Positions 10,566 to 19,617 of a DNA stretch of 64,000 bases are shown here, piece by piece. Below the pieces are notes generated by a model. That model saw only the letters and a program-made list of their open reading frames with translations. It searched no databases and was not told the DNA's origin. Origin of the DNA: Minisyncoccota bacterium (GTDB lineage: Bacteria > Patescibacteriota > Minisyncoccia > UBA6257 > GWB1-50-10); assembly GCA_020059915.1 (NCBI GenBank), contig JAGVBB010000003.1:233625-297624 (forward strand). Reading direction: 5' to 3'. Position 1 is the first letter of the stretch. Every line of letters starts with the position of its first letter. The position numbers were made by a program, and so were the translations under genes.

Positions 10566-10956
10566 ACTGTTTTTTTAATAGTTCCTTAATCTCGGTGATA
10601 TCACCCTCAACTTTTTCAACTTTTCTGCGTAAACGACCAAGATCGCTCTCCTCCCCCTTGAGTTCCTCCTCGGTTTTTTCTGCAATCTTTTTTTGCGATT
10701 TAAGTCCAGAAATTAATATCTCATTTCCAATGAATGAAGAGACAAAGACCCCCGTCATAAGAAGAATAATAACGCTTAACAATATTGATCCGGGACCAAA
10801 AAGCGATGGAAACAACTCAGCTGTTTCCCAAACACCCTTCCAGAAAAGAACAATACCAATTCCACCAACAAACGCATACAGTATAGGAAAATGGCTCAAT
10901 GCACCACGTACGTGGTCTTCAAGTTTGTCAAAAAAACGTATTACCTTATGAATCAT
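10549..10956 (-). CDS. membrane protein with C-terminal coiled coil
   Basis: Two predicted TM helices followed by a charged coiled-coil tail. Confidence 0.5.
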   Translation of the reverse strand: MIHKVIRFFDKLEDHVRGALSHFPILYAFVGGIGIVLFWKGVWETAELFPSLFGPGSILLSVIILLMTGVFVSSFIGNEILISGLKSQKKIAEKTEEELKGEESDLGRLRRKVEKVEGDITEIKELLKKQYERKN

Positions 10957-11025
10957 ATATACATTTATCCTATCATATTTTTATATATGAGTATTTCCTC
11001 TATGTTTTCTAAATAAAAAGAACCC

Positions 11026-11280
11026 TCACCTTGAGGGTTCAAATTCCTTCTTCATTTTTTTGTAGTCTTCCCAACAGGTGTAACCACCACAGGGAAATAA
11101 TGAACATCCAATAGAAAACGCTAGGGAGAATACTATTGATCTCCAATCAAGATTATGAAGAACAACTACATAAAATGAAAGAAAACTGATAATTGGCAAA
11201 GAAACAACAAACATTACGATAAAAAGAATTGCCATTTCCTTCTCCGACTTCATTCTTTTAAAGCTTTTATATTTTGTCAT
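11026..11280 (-). CDS. small membrane protein
   Basis: 84 aa with two hydrophobic helices, followed by a terminator hairpin. Confidence 0.4.
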   Translation of the reverse strand: MTKYKSFKRMKSEKEMAILFIVMFVVSLPIISFLSFYVVVLHNLDWRSIVFSLAFSIGCSLFPCGGYTCWEDYKKMKKEFEPSR

Positions 11281-11485
11281 TTCTGACCCCTTTTAAATTG
11301 TTAATGGTATTATTATACCACATTATTCAGAAAAGTGCAATAGTTAACATAAGACACCCATTTTGACCCATAAATACTATCCTTTTCACATTTCCTCAAA
11401 AAGATTCCTACTTTCGCAGGAATGACTAAATCTCTAAAGTTATTACCGTGAAAGTAGGAATCTATATATAAGCAATCAATGGAAT

Positions 11486-12721
11486 TTATCTCTCCATCAT
11501 TTTTTTAGCTCGCAATTCTTTGTGATATTTAATAGCAAATCGATGTGCCTCATCGCGAACAAAAATAAGTGTTTTTTCTGAAACTCCCTTCGGGATACTT
11601 CCGATAAACTCGTTTTTGTCTCTTTTTTCCCCTTTTGCAATTCCCACTATAGGAATTGTTATTCCCAATTCCCTTAATGTTTTTATTGTCTCGTTCACCT
11701 GCGGTTTACCCCCGTCAATCAAAATACATTGAGGAAATTCCCACTCAGTGTGCTTAAATCTTCGTAATAAGACTTCGCGTAACATTTTTACATCATTTGG
11801 CCCCTCAACTGTTTTTATTTGAAATTTTTTATACTGACTTTTTACTGGCAACCCATCCACAAATACCACCATACTCCCCACTGCAGAGGTCCCTGAAATA
11901 TTTGAAATATCATAGCCCTCGATTCGCTGTGCCCCAATTTTCAATTTCGAACCTTGCCTACCGGCAGGCAGGTTTTCAATTTTCAATTTATCTTCTGAGA
12001 TAAGAGCGGTGTCGCGAATGTGTGTAAGTGCAAAAATTTGTTTTTTTAATTTATTTGCTAACTCAAATTCCATCTTCTTGCTCGCCTGTCTCATTTCTCT
12101 CTCAAGTTCACCAAGAATAATATCTTTTTTTCCTTCAAAAAATAAGATAAGTTTTCTTATCATTTTTTTATATTCAATCGAATTAATTTCTCCAATACAG
12201 ATTCCTGGACACAGCCCAATCTCATATTCAAAACATGGTTTTTTATATGCACCAATTTTTGCTCCCTCGTGAATATTCCATGGAAAAATCTTTCGCAAAA
12301 TTCGCAATGCTTCCCGAATGCTTGATGCGGAAACATATGGACCAAATACTATTCCATTAATTTTTGAAAGATCCTTTCCGCGAACCAACAAAACACGTGG
12401 GAACAATTCCTTGGTTACTACAACAAACAAGAAACTTGTATCGTCTTTTTCCCGAATATTAAATGGCGATTGATGTTTTTTAATAAGCGCTGATTCTAAT
12501 ATAAGGGCTTCAAGTGCAGAACCTGTTTCTCTTGTTTCAATTAAATGAATTTGTGAAACCATTTTTTCTATACGCGCATCATGTGGACGCAAAAAGTAGC
12601 TTGAAACACGGCGTTTCAAGTTTCCTGCTTTTCCTATATATAAAATCTCCCCATTGGCATTTTTCATAATATAAACGCCGGGATTTTCTGATATATGCTT
12701 GTATAATTCACTCTTCACCAT
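11486..12721 (-). CDS. uvrC: excinuclease ABC subunit C (short form lacking C-terminal HhH)
   Basis: GIY-YIG N-terminus (YIMKNANGEILYIGKAGNLKRRVSSYF), UVR domain, and UvrC RNaseH-like endonuclease domain (IEGYDISNISGTSAVGSMVVF); 411 aa. Confidence 0.85.
   Translation of the reverse strand: MVKSELYKHISENPGVYIMKNANGEILYIGKAGNLKRRVSSYFLRPHDARIEKMVSQIHLIETRETGSALEALILESALIKKHQSPFNIREKDDTSFLFVVVTKELFPRVLLVRGKDLSKINGIVFGPYVSASSIREALRILRKIFPWNIHEGAKIGAYKKPCFEYEIGLCPGICIGEINSIEYKKMIRKLILFFEGKKDIILGELEREMRQASKKMEFELANKLKKQIFALTHIRDTALISEDKLKIENLPAGRQGSKLKIGAQRIEGYDISNISGTSAVGSMVVFVDGLPVKSQYKKFQIKTVEGPNDVKMLREVLLRRFKHTEWEFPQCILIDGGKPQVNETIKTLRELGITIPIVGIAKGEKRDKNEFIGSIPKGVSEKTLIFVRDEAHRFAIKYHKELRAKKMMER
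11932..11993. repeat. core fragment of the palindromic repeat family, in-frame inside uvrC and flanked by 13-nt direct repeats
   Basis: AACCTTGCCTACCGGCAGGCAGGTT (11950-11974) is flanked by caattttcaattt at 11935-11947 and 11977-11989; encodes KLKIE-NLPAGRQGS-KLKIG. Confidence 0.6.
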
Positions 12722-12729
12722 ACAGGAGC

Positions 12730-12748
12730 ATTGTACAACGAGTACAAT
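12730..12748. promoter_or_regulatory. perfect inverted repeat ATTGTAC-N5-GTACAAT overlapping the putative -10 (TACAAT) of uvrC; candidate repressor operator
   Basis: 7-bp arms with a 5-nt spacer. On the uvrC strand TACAAT lies 8 nt before the ATG, which would make the mRNA leaderless. Confidence 0.4.
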
Positions 12749-12817
12749 ATCCTTGCACGAATATGTATTTTTTGATTGTATAAGTAAAGAAACATTTACA
12801 AATTAAGAGAGGTATAT

Positions 12818-13432
12818 ATGAGAGGCAAGTTTACCCTTATTCTCGGCAACATGTTTGCGGGGAAAACAGAAGAATTAATAAAGAGATTACGACGCGCAGA
12901 AAAACACGGACAAAAAACAACGCTCGCATTCAAACCAACAAAAGACACCCGTAGTGGGACTGGATTATTAAAAACCGCAGAAGGAGATGTCTTTCCTGCA
13001 ATTGATATACCAAAAGGTGAAACTTTTGAAATTACTAAAAAACTCAAACTGAAAGAATGGGAAATTGGAAAGAAAATTGATGTTATTGCTTTCGAGGAAG
13101 TACAATTTTTTCCAGAATCAATTTACCAAACAATTGATTATCTTCTTAGTCTTGGCTATGAAGTTATCGCAGCAGGGCTAAAGCTTGATTTTAAAGGTGA
13201 ACCGTTTGTTTCAAGTACGTCGCTGTTGGGTCTTGTGGAAACAAATTATGATTTATTACTCCTTACATCCTGCTGTTCTGTGTGCGGGAAAGAGGCACAG
13301 CTTCCCCAAAGATTAGTTGATGGAAAGCCAGCAAAATATAATGATCCTGTTGAGTTTGTTGGTGGTGCAGAATCGTATCAACCACGTTGTCACGAACACC
13401 ATATAGTTCCAGAAAAACCTCCATATGCATAA
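12818..13432 (+). CDS. tdk: thymidine kinase
   Basis: P-loop GNMFAGKTEELI at the N-terminus and C-terminal zinc ribbon CxxC...CxxH; GAGAGG RBS upstream. Confidence 0.9.
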   Translation: MRGKFTLILGNMFAGKTEELIKRLRRAEKHGQKTTLAFKPTKDTRSGTGLLKTAEGDVFPAIDIPKGETFEITKKLKLKEWEIGKKIDVIAFEEVQFFPESIYQTIDYLLSLGYEVIAAGLKLDFKGEPFVSSTSLLGLVETNYDLLLLTSCCSVCGKEAQLPQRLVDGKPAKYNDPVEFVGGAESYQPRCHEHHIVPEKPPYA

Positions 13433-13435
13433 TTA

Positions 13436-13470
13436 ACCCCGCTAGTCTATGGATTAGCGGGGATTTTTAT
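13436..13470 (+). terminator. terminator hairpin CCCCGCTAGTCTATGGATTAGCGGGG plus T-run (bidirectional)
   Basis: Lies between convergent tdk and patatin genes. Confidence 0.7.
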
Positions 13471-14360
13471 TCATCATCAATTCCGTAAAATATAAGATCA
13501 AAGAACGATTCAATGGGTTTCTTTTGGGGAGGAGTAATACCGGTTTTTTTATATATTTCTTTGAGATGCTCTTTTATCTCTTTGGTTCCGCACTGTATAA
13601 TTTCTCTTCCAAATTCAAAATCATTCCACTTATATTGGAGTACCGGCGGGTTCAATACAACATCCGCATCCTTTAATATATTTCTTGCAAGTTGATACTC
13701 AACAATAGAAAGCGCATGGGGAAGCATTGAATATACCTTCATTGGATTTATTGATTCTTTTTCAAGATTTATCCACTTACTTGATACATCAATTGCAACG
13801 ACACACTCTGCCCCCATACTCCTTACCACATCTGCTGGCACTGGATTAACAAATCCCCCATCCATAAGCACCCTCCCATTGATACGCGTCGGGGGAAAAA
13901 CAAAAGGAAGTGCCGTAGATGCTTGAATTGCCTGAATAATATCTCCCTCACGCAAAATAATTTCATCACCCGTCTCTACATCTGTTGCAACTGCCGAGAA
14001 AGGAATTTTGGTGTCTTTAATGTCTATTCCCTTTATTTTGCTTTCAATTCTATCAAGTAAACTATGTTTAAATATTTCCCCATCCTTCTTTCGCATCATA
14101 TGGGTTGCGGGAAAAATATCATCTTTTTTAATTGAGGTAAAAAAATCTTCCAAAAACTGTATATCTCCCGTTATAGCATAAAACCCACCAATAAGAGCTC
14201 CCATACTTGTCCCAGAAATAAAAGAAATCTCAATTCCTAGTCGTTCGAGTTCTTTAATAACACCAATATGAGCGAGTCCCTTTGCTCCACCACCACCCAA
14301 TGCAAGACCAACCTTCTTTTTTTGCTTTACCTCTATCATTACTATTAGTGTAACAAACAA
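13467..14360 (-). CDS. patatin-like phospholipase
   Basis: GGGAKG oxyanion motif and GTSMG nucleophile elbow; DGG near the C-terminal half. Confidence 0.85.
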   Translation of the reverse strand: MFVTLIVMIEVKQKKKVGLALGGGGAKGLAHIGVIKELERLGIEISFISGTSMGALIGGFYAITGDIQFLEDFFTSIKKDDIFPATHMMRKKDGEIFKHSLLDRIESKIKGIDIKDTKIPFSAVATDVETGDEIILREGDIIQAIQASTALPFVFPPTRINGRVLMDGGFVNPVPADVVRSMGAECVVAIDVSSKWINLEKESINPMKVYSMLPHALSIVEYQLARNILKDADVVLNPPVLQYKWNDFEFGREIIQCGTKEIKEHLKEIYKKTGITPPQKKPIESFFDLIFYGIDDE

Positions 14361-14410
14361 AAAGAAAACTCTAAATACTAACGTTTAGAAATTAGAATTT
14401 TAATATTATA

Positions 14411-16924
14411 TTAGAGAACCTTCTTTAAATATTGTCCGGTAAAACTAAATCCTTTTCGTGCAACATCTTCTGGGGTCCCTGCAACAATAATTTCTCCTCC
14501 GCGTTCCCCTCCCTCTGGACCAAGATCAATAACCCAATCTGCTGACTTTATTACATCAAGATTGTGTTCAATGACAACTATGGTATTCCCCCTATTCACT
14601 AATCTCTGGAGAACTTCAAGAAGTTTTTGAACATCGGCAAAATGCAAACCAGTGGTTGGCTCGTCCAATAAATATATAGTCTTGTGTGTATCCCGTTTGC
14701 CAAGCTCTGCTCCAAGTTTTATACGTTGTGCTTCACCACCGGAAAGTGTGGTTGCCGATTGTCCCAACTCCAAATATCCCAACCCAACCTCATCAAGTAT
14801 TGCAAGTCGATCATGGAGCCATGGAATGTCCTCAAAAAACACTACCGCTTCTTCTATAGTCATTTTGAGGACCTCATAAATATTCTTTCCTTTATATTCA
14901 ACCTCAAGTGTCTCGCGATCAAATCGTTTTCCCTTACATACATCACACGTTACGTACACAGTCGGCAAAAAATGCATTTCTATCGCAATAACCCCATGTC
15001 CCTCACAGTTTTCACAGCGCCCCCCTTTTACATTAAAACTGAAACGCCCAGGTTTATACCCTCGTATACGAGCATCCTCTGTAGCGGTAAATAAATCACG
15101 AATGAATGTCCATGCACCCACATATGTTGCTGGGTTTGATCGTGGGGTCCTCCCAATCGGCGACTGATCAATATTAATAACACGATTTATATATTCAAAC
15201 CCATGCGCACTCTTATATCCCTGAACACGGTAGCTTGAACCATTATATTTGTTAGCGAGCAACTTATATAAAACATCATATAATAATGTTGATTTACCAG
15301 AACCAGAAACACCTGTTATCGTAGTAAAGCGACGTAATGGAATATCAACATTGATATTTTTTAAATTATTTTCAACAAGACCACGCAATTTTAAATAGTC
15401 ATGATCTTTTGTCACCCGCCGACGAGTTTCTGGAATTGCAATAAATTCCTTTCCACGAAGATAATCAAGTGTTAATGATGATTGTTTTTTATCCTTTAAA
15501 ATATCTGGTAGTGGACCGGATGCTGTTATTTCCCCACCATGCACACCAGCACCAGGACCAATATCTACAAGGTAGTCCCCCGCACGAATAGTGTCTTCAT
15601 CATGTTCAACAACAATAACAGTATTTCCAAGATCCCGAAGATTTTTTAATGTTTGAATAAGTTTTTCATTGTCTCTTTGGTGTAATCCAATAGTTGGCTC
15701 ATCAAGAACATATAATGCCCCCGTAAGACGCGAGCCAATTTGGGATGCAAGACGAATACGTTGTGCCTCACCGCCAGACAATGTTCCCGCCCGACGCTCA
15801 AGCGTGAGATAATTCAATCCCACATCTAAAAGGAACTGAAGGCGACTCCTGATTTCTCGGAGTGGGACTTCTGCAACCTCCCGAAATCGAGCGTTTTTTG
15901 TTTTTTCCACCTTCTCAAAAAATGCTATTGCCTCCTCCACGGAATACCCAACAACCGTTGCTATATTTTTTTCCTGTATCAATACAGAAAGTGCTTCCTT
16001 TTTTAATCTCTTGCCACGACACACTTCACAAGGTTTTTCAGACCAAATACTTTCTGTCCCCAAACCATTACATGCTTCACATGCTCCAAAGGGACTGTTA
16101 AAAGAAAACAATCTTGGTTCTATCTCTGGAAAAGAACATCCATCATTGGGACAGGTAAATTTTGCGGAAAGTGAAATCTCTGTATGAGTAATTACTGTCA
16201 CCACATCACCACCATATTTCAATGCTTGTTCGATTGCTTCTGCAAGACGTAATCGGTTATCTTTATTTTTAAAATCAAGTGTCCCAGGAATTCTATCAAT
16301 TACCAAATCAATGGTATGTTGTTTGTAACGAGAAAGTTCTATTTTATCTCTCAATGAATAAAATTTCCCATCGACACGGACCTCTGAGAATCCTGCGTTT
16401 AAATAATCGTAAAGCATCTGATAATATTCTCCCTTTCTCCCGCGCACCACGGGGGCAAGAAGAACAAGATTTTTACCAGTATTATTTTCTTTTGCAATTT
16501 GTATTACCAAATCAACAATTTCTTCGCTTGTTCGTTTTTCAATAAGATGCCCACATTCAGGACAATGTGGTTTCCCTGCACGGGCAAAAAGCACACGGAG
16601 ATAATCATAAATTTCCGTTATAGTTGCAACCGTTGATCGTGGATTTGCTGAATGACTTTTTTGATCAATTGAGATTGCTGGAGAAAGCCCCTCAATTTCA
16701 TCAACATCTGGCTTATCCAATTTTCCCAAAAATTGGCGTGCATATGCAGAAAGCGATTCTATATATCTCCTTTGTCCCTCTGCAAAAATAGTATCAAACG
16801 CGAGTGATGACTTTCCTGAGCCAGAAAGCCCAGTAAATATAGTCATCTTCCCTCGAGGAAGTTCTAAATCAATATTTTTTAAATTGTGCTCTCGTGCTCC
16901 TTTTATTTTTATTTTGTCGTTCAT
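14411..16924 (-). CDS. uvrA: excinuclease ABC subunit A
   Basis: Two ABC ATPase modules ([33 protein letters not shown] x2) and zinc-finger Cys clusters; 837 aa. Confidence 0.9.
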   Translation of the reverse strand: MNDKIKIKGAREHNLKNIDLELPRGKMTIFTGLSGSGKSSLAFDTIFAEGQRRYIESLSAYARQFLGKLDKPDVDEIEGLSPAISIDQKSHSANPRSTVATITEIYDYLRVLFARAGKPHCPECGHLIEKRTSEEIVDLVIQIAKENNTGKNLVLLAPVVRGRKGEYYQMLYDYLNAGFSEVRVDGKFYSLRDKIELSRYKQHTIDLVIDRIPGTLDFKNKDNRLRLAEAIEQALKYGGDVVTVITHTEISLSAKFTCPNDGCSFPEIEPRLFSFNSPFGACEACNGLGTESIWSEKPCEVCRGKRLKKEALSVLIQEKNIATVVGYSVEEAIAFFEKVEKTKNARFREVAEVPLREIRSRLQFLLDVGLNYLTLERRAGTLSGGEAQRIRLASQIGSRLTGALYVLDEPTIGLHQRDNEKLIQTLKNLRDLGNTVIVVEHDEDTIRAGDYLVDIGPGAGVHGGEITASGPLPDILKDKKQSSLTLDYLRGKEFIAIPETRRRVTKDHDYLKLRGLVENNLKNINVDIPLRRFTTITGVSGSGKSTLLYDVLYKLLANKYNGSSYRVQGYKSAHGFEYINRVINIDQSPIGRTPRSNPATYVGAWTFIRDLFTATEDARIRGYKPGRFSFNVKGGRCENCEGHGVIAIEMHFLPTVYVTCDVCKGKRFDRETLEVEYKGKNIYEVLKMTIEEAVVFFEDIPWLHDRLAILDEVGLGYLELGQSATTLSGGEAQRIKLGAELGKRDTHKTIYLLDEPTTGLHFADVQKLLEVLQRLVNRGNTIVVIEHNLDVIKSADWVIDLGPEGGERGGEIIVAGTPEDVARKGFSFTGQYLKKVL

Positions 16925-17045
16925 AATAATAAATAGATAAGTTAGTATATGTACACAGAAACTTCCCCAGTTCCAAAGATACTAGGGATGTACAAGACAA
17001 GAATACAGGCAAACAAATTCATTAGCAAGTTTGTATATAAATAGC

Positions 17046-17085
17046 ACCCCACCAGTCTATAGACTGGTGGGGTTACGGATTGCGC
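17046..17085 (-). terminator. terminator hairpin CCCCACCAGTCTATAGACTGGTGGGG
   Basis: Same AGTCTATRGACT-core hairpin family as at 459, 13437 and 63797; 3' of the 17097 gene region. Confidence 0.5.
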
Positions 17086-17096
17086 TCGCTCAACAT

Positions 17097-19445
17097 TTAT
17101 TTTTCCCTCTTTAATGGAAGTGGAAATACTAATTTTCTTTTCCCTGATCTATGTGAAGAAATAACATATGCAATATAACAAAGGAACAAGAAGATAAATG
17201 AACTTATAACTGCAATGGTATTGTCTTGAGTTGTGAGAGAAACAAGGTTTGCAAACATGAGACGTGCCTTTCCAATATTTTGAGAAACAGTTGCAACATG
17301 TGCACGAGTTTCATACAAACCTGTTTTATATTCCGAAAGTTCTCGAAGCCCACTAAATGAATTGGTATTAAATACACCAAAACCTGATTGTTTCACATTA
17401 AATATGAGTGTTGCAAAATGTATTGGGTCATCAAATCCAGCATGCGACGCAGTTTTAACAAGTCGTCCATCTTTTTGATTATCAAAATTGTATATTGGAT
17501 CAAATTCTGGAACCCATCCATCCCCGTATTCTATTTCATTAAGCTCCAATGTGTCGGTAGGATAATCTAATTCCAAATGTGCTCCGTATTTTATTGATTC
17601 ACCTGGATGCGCAGTAAGTACTACTATTACCTTTTCCTCACTAGGAAGATAGGTGGCATTTGGAGAAATAGAAATAATTGATGTGTATGGTCGCGCTGTA
17701 TTTATAACTTCATAACGTGGAACAATTATGATTTCTGGTGGAGGTATTACCCTATTAGGAATCTCTAAGATGATTGAATCAGAAACCGGGCCAGCAGTAC
17801 TTGATGAGTCATTTCTGAATTTTGCATATACTATTTTATTTCCGTTTCCAGAAATAAGAACCCATTGAGTACTTGATGCAAATGGCTCCCATCGTGCTCC
17901 ATTAAAATCATTGGAATTGGAAAGCATCATTTCATCTGCATTCACTGCAGTAAGTGAAAGAGTTACTAGTGTGCTTTCTGTCTTTTCTGCTCCATTATTA
18001 ATAAGAACTGATGGAGAACTAATACTTGTTGGGGACCCACCTCCGCCAGAAGCACTTCCTCCACCACCTCCTCCCCCGCCTCCGCCACCACCAGATGTCG
18101 GTGTTGCGGTAACAAATACAATTGATGAATATTCACCTATAGTGTTCTGAACACGAACGCCACACCAATATTTTGTTCCATTCAAAAGACCTGATATACG
18201 CGTTCCTTGGCGAGTCCCAGGAATTGGAAGCGAAACACCTTGTACCATTGATACACTAGTGAAATTTGACGCGTTTAGTTCAGTAGAAGAACATCGCACA
18301 TCAAACAAAGATGTATTGATTGATGTTGGGGTATTCCATGCAAGATCAATAATTGTTGATCCTGGATTTGCGGTAAGGTTGGATACTGGAAGGATGCCAT
18401 TTGCATCAGAAGTAACTTGCGTAACAGTAAGCGTTGAAACGCGCCCAACCACATTTACCGTGCGTACCGCAAAATAATTTATTGTTGAAGCAACATTAGA
18501 AACAGTCATTGATTGTCGTGTCCCAGGAATTGGCAATGGATAGTTTTGAATTTTTTCTAACGAAACTGCATTTGAATCAGTAATGGTATTTTGACTCGCA
18601 AATACATCAAATACGGAGAGTACAGAGTTTGTTGGTGTGTCCCAGGAGAGAGTCACCGTTGTTCCGTTTTTCACCGCGGTAAGATTTGTTACTGGTGTTG
18701 GATCAGCAATCGTTCCCCCGCCTCCGCCAGATCCTCCACCCGTTGTTTGTGTAGAAATATATGTAATAGAAGATGCTTCACCAACTACATTTACGGTACG
18801 AATTCCAAAATAATATGTGGTACCCGCTTGCAATCCATCAACGCGAACGCCTTGCTGTGTATTTGAGATTGGCAACGGAACGCCCGCAATAGACGGAGCA
18901 GATGAGAATGTGAGATTTGTCATTTGATTCGTACTGTAATGAATATCAAACTGGGAAAGCACGGTTGATGCCGGAGTATTCCAACTGAGATCTACATAGG
19001 TAGATGCTGGAGTTGCGGTAAAACTGGACACGGGAGTTGGTGGTGGTGTCACCGACCCACCTCCCCCGCCACCCGATCCACCACCAGAGGACTGGGTAGT
19101 CGCTGATGTATATGAAATATACGTCGCACCAATCGTATCAATAAACTTGTATGCAAAATAATATGTTGTTCCTTCATTCAATCCGGAAATTGATACAGAT
19201 TGAGATGTGTTAGGAACAGACATTGGCATTGAACTATATGATTGCGCAGAAGAAAGATTTGAATCATGTAATGCGCTTGTGGAATAGAATATTTCGTGTG
19301 AAGTAATATCTGTATCAGTAACCCAAGAAAGAGAAATTGAATTTTCTCCTGTTGTTGATGCAGAAAAAGACACAGGTGCGGCATATGTTACGGGCACAAG
19401 TGTAAGTAAACCAACAAAAAATGCTAGTACTGAATATTTTTTCAT
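17097..19445 (-). CDS. cell-surface protein with multiple fibronectin type III-like domains, poly-Gly/Ser linkers and C-terminal TM anchor
   Basis: Signal peptide. Repeated ~90-aa units begin ...LSW.TP... and end ...YYFGIRTVNVVGE..., separated by GGGSGGGGGGS linkers. C-terminal hydrophobic helix plus basic tail. Confidence 0.7.
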   Translation of the reverse strand: MKKYSVLAFFVGLLTLVPVTYAAPVSFSASTTGENSISLSWVTDTDITSHEIFYSTSALHDSNLSSAQSYSSMPMSVPNTSQSVSISGLNEGTTYYFAYKFIDTIGATYISYTSATTQSSGGGSGGGGGGSVTPPPTPVSSFTATPASTYVDLSWNTPASTVLSQFDIHYSTNQMTNLTFSSAPSIAGVPLPISNTQQGVRVDGLQAGTTYYFGIRTVNVVGEASSITYISTQTTGGGSGGGGGTIADPTPVTNLTAVKNGTTVTLSWDTPTNSVLSVFDVFASQNTITDSNAVSLEKIQNYPLPIPGTRQSMTVSNVASTINYFAVRTVNVVGRVSTLTVTQVTSDANGILPVSNLTANPGSTIIDLAWNTPTSINTSLFDVRCSSTELNASNFTSVSMVQGVSLPIPGTRQGTRISGLLNGTKYWCGVRVQNTIGEYSSIVFVTATPTSGGGGGGGGGGGGSASGGGGSPTSISSPSVLINNGAEKTESTLVTLSLTAVNADEMMLSNSNDFNGARWEPFASSTQWVLISGNGNKIVYAKFRNDSSSTAGPVSDSIILEIPNRVIPPPEIIIVPRYEVINTARPYTSIISISPNATYLPSEEKVIVVLTAHPGESIKYGAHLELDYPTDTLELNEIEYGDGWVPEFDPIYNFDNQKDGRLVKTASHAGFDDPIHFATLIFNVKQSGFGVFNTNSFSGLRELSEYKTGLYETRAHVATVSQNIGKARLMFANLVSLTTQDNTIAVISSFIFLFLCYIAYVISSHRSGKRKLVFPLPLKREK

Positions 19446-19492
19446 CTGTCAAATTCTACACTATATCAACAAAAAAGTCAAGCTTTCCTCAC

Positions 19493-19546
19493 ATACACAT
19501 CTTATTTGCAGACTTTAGAGATTTAGTCTGCAAATAAGATGTGTAT
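19493..19546. promoter_or_regulatory. perfect 22-bp-stem inverted repeat (10-nt loop) immediately upstream of the TTGACT-17-TAGAAT promoter of the 17097..19445 gene
   Basis: ATACACATCTTATTTGCAGACT / AGTCTGCAAATAAGATGTGTAT are exact reverse complements. Confidence 0.6.
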
Positions 19547-19590
19547 ATTCATTTTTAGTGTGCAATCATCAATCGTTAAGAATAATAAAA

Positions 19591-19617
19591 ATCCGCCCCA
19601 ATTGGGGCGGTTTCTAT
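19591..19617 (-). terminator. terminator hairpin GCCCCAATTGGGGC plus T-run
   Basis: 3' of the 19618..21294 CDS stop. Confidence 0.7.

Noticed and set aside
18040-18110. Runs of GGN codons resembling simple-sequence repeats or possible CRISPR-like spacing
   Set aside because: They encode poly-Gly/Ser linkers between Fn3 domains with mixed codons; there is no repeat-spacer periodicity and no cas genes. No CRISPR array is present anywhere in the window.
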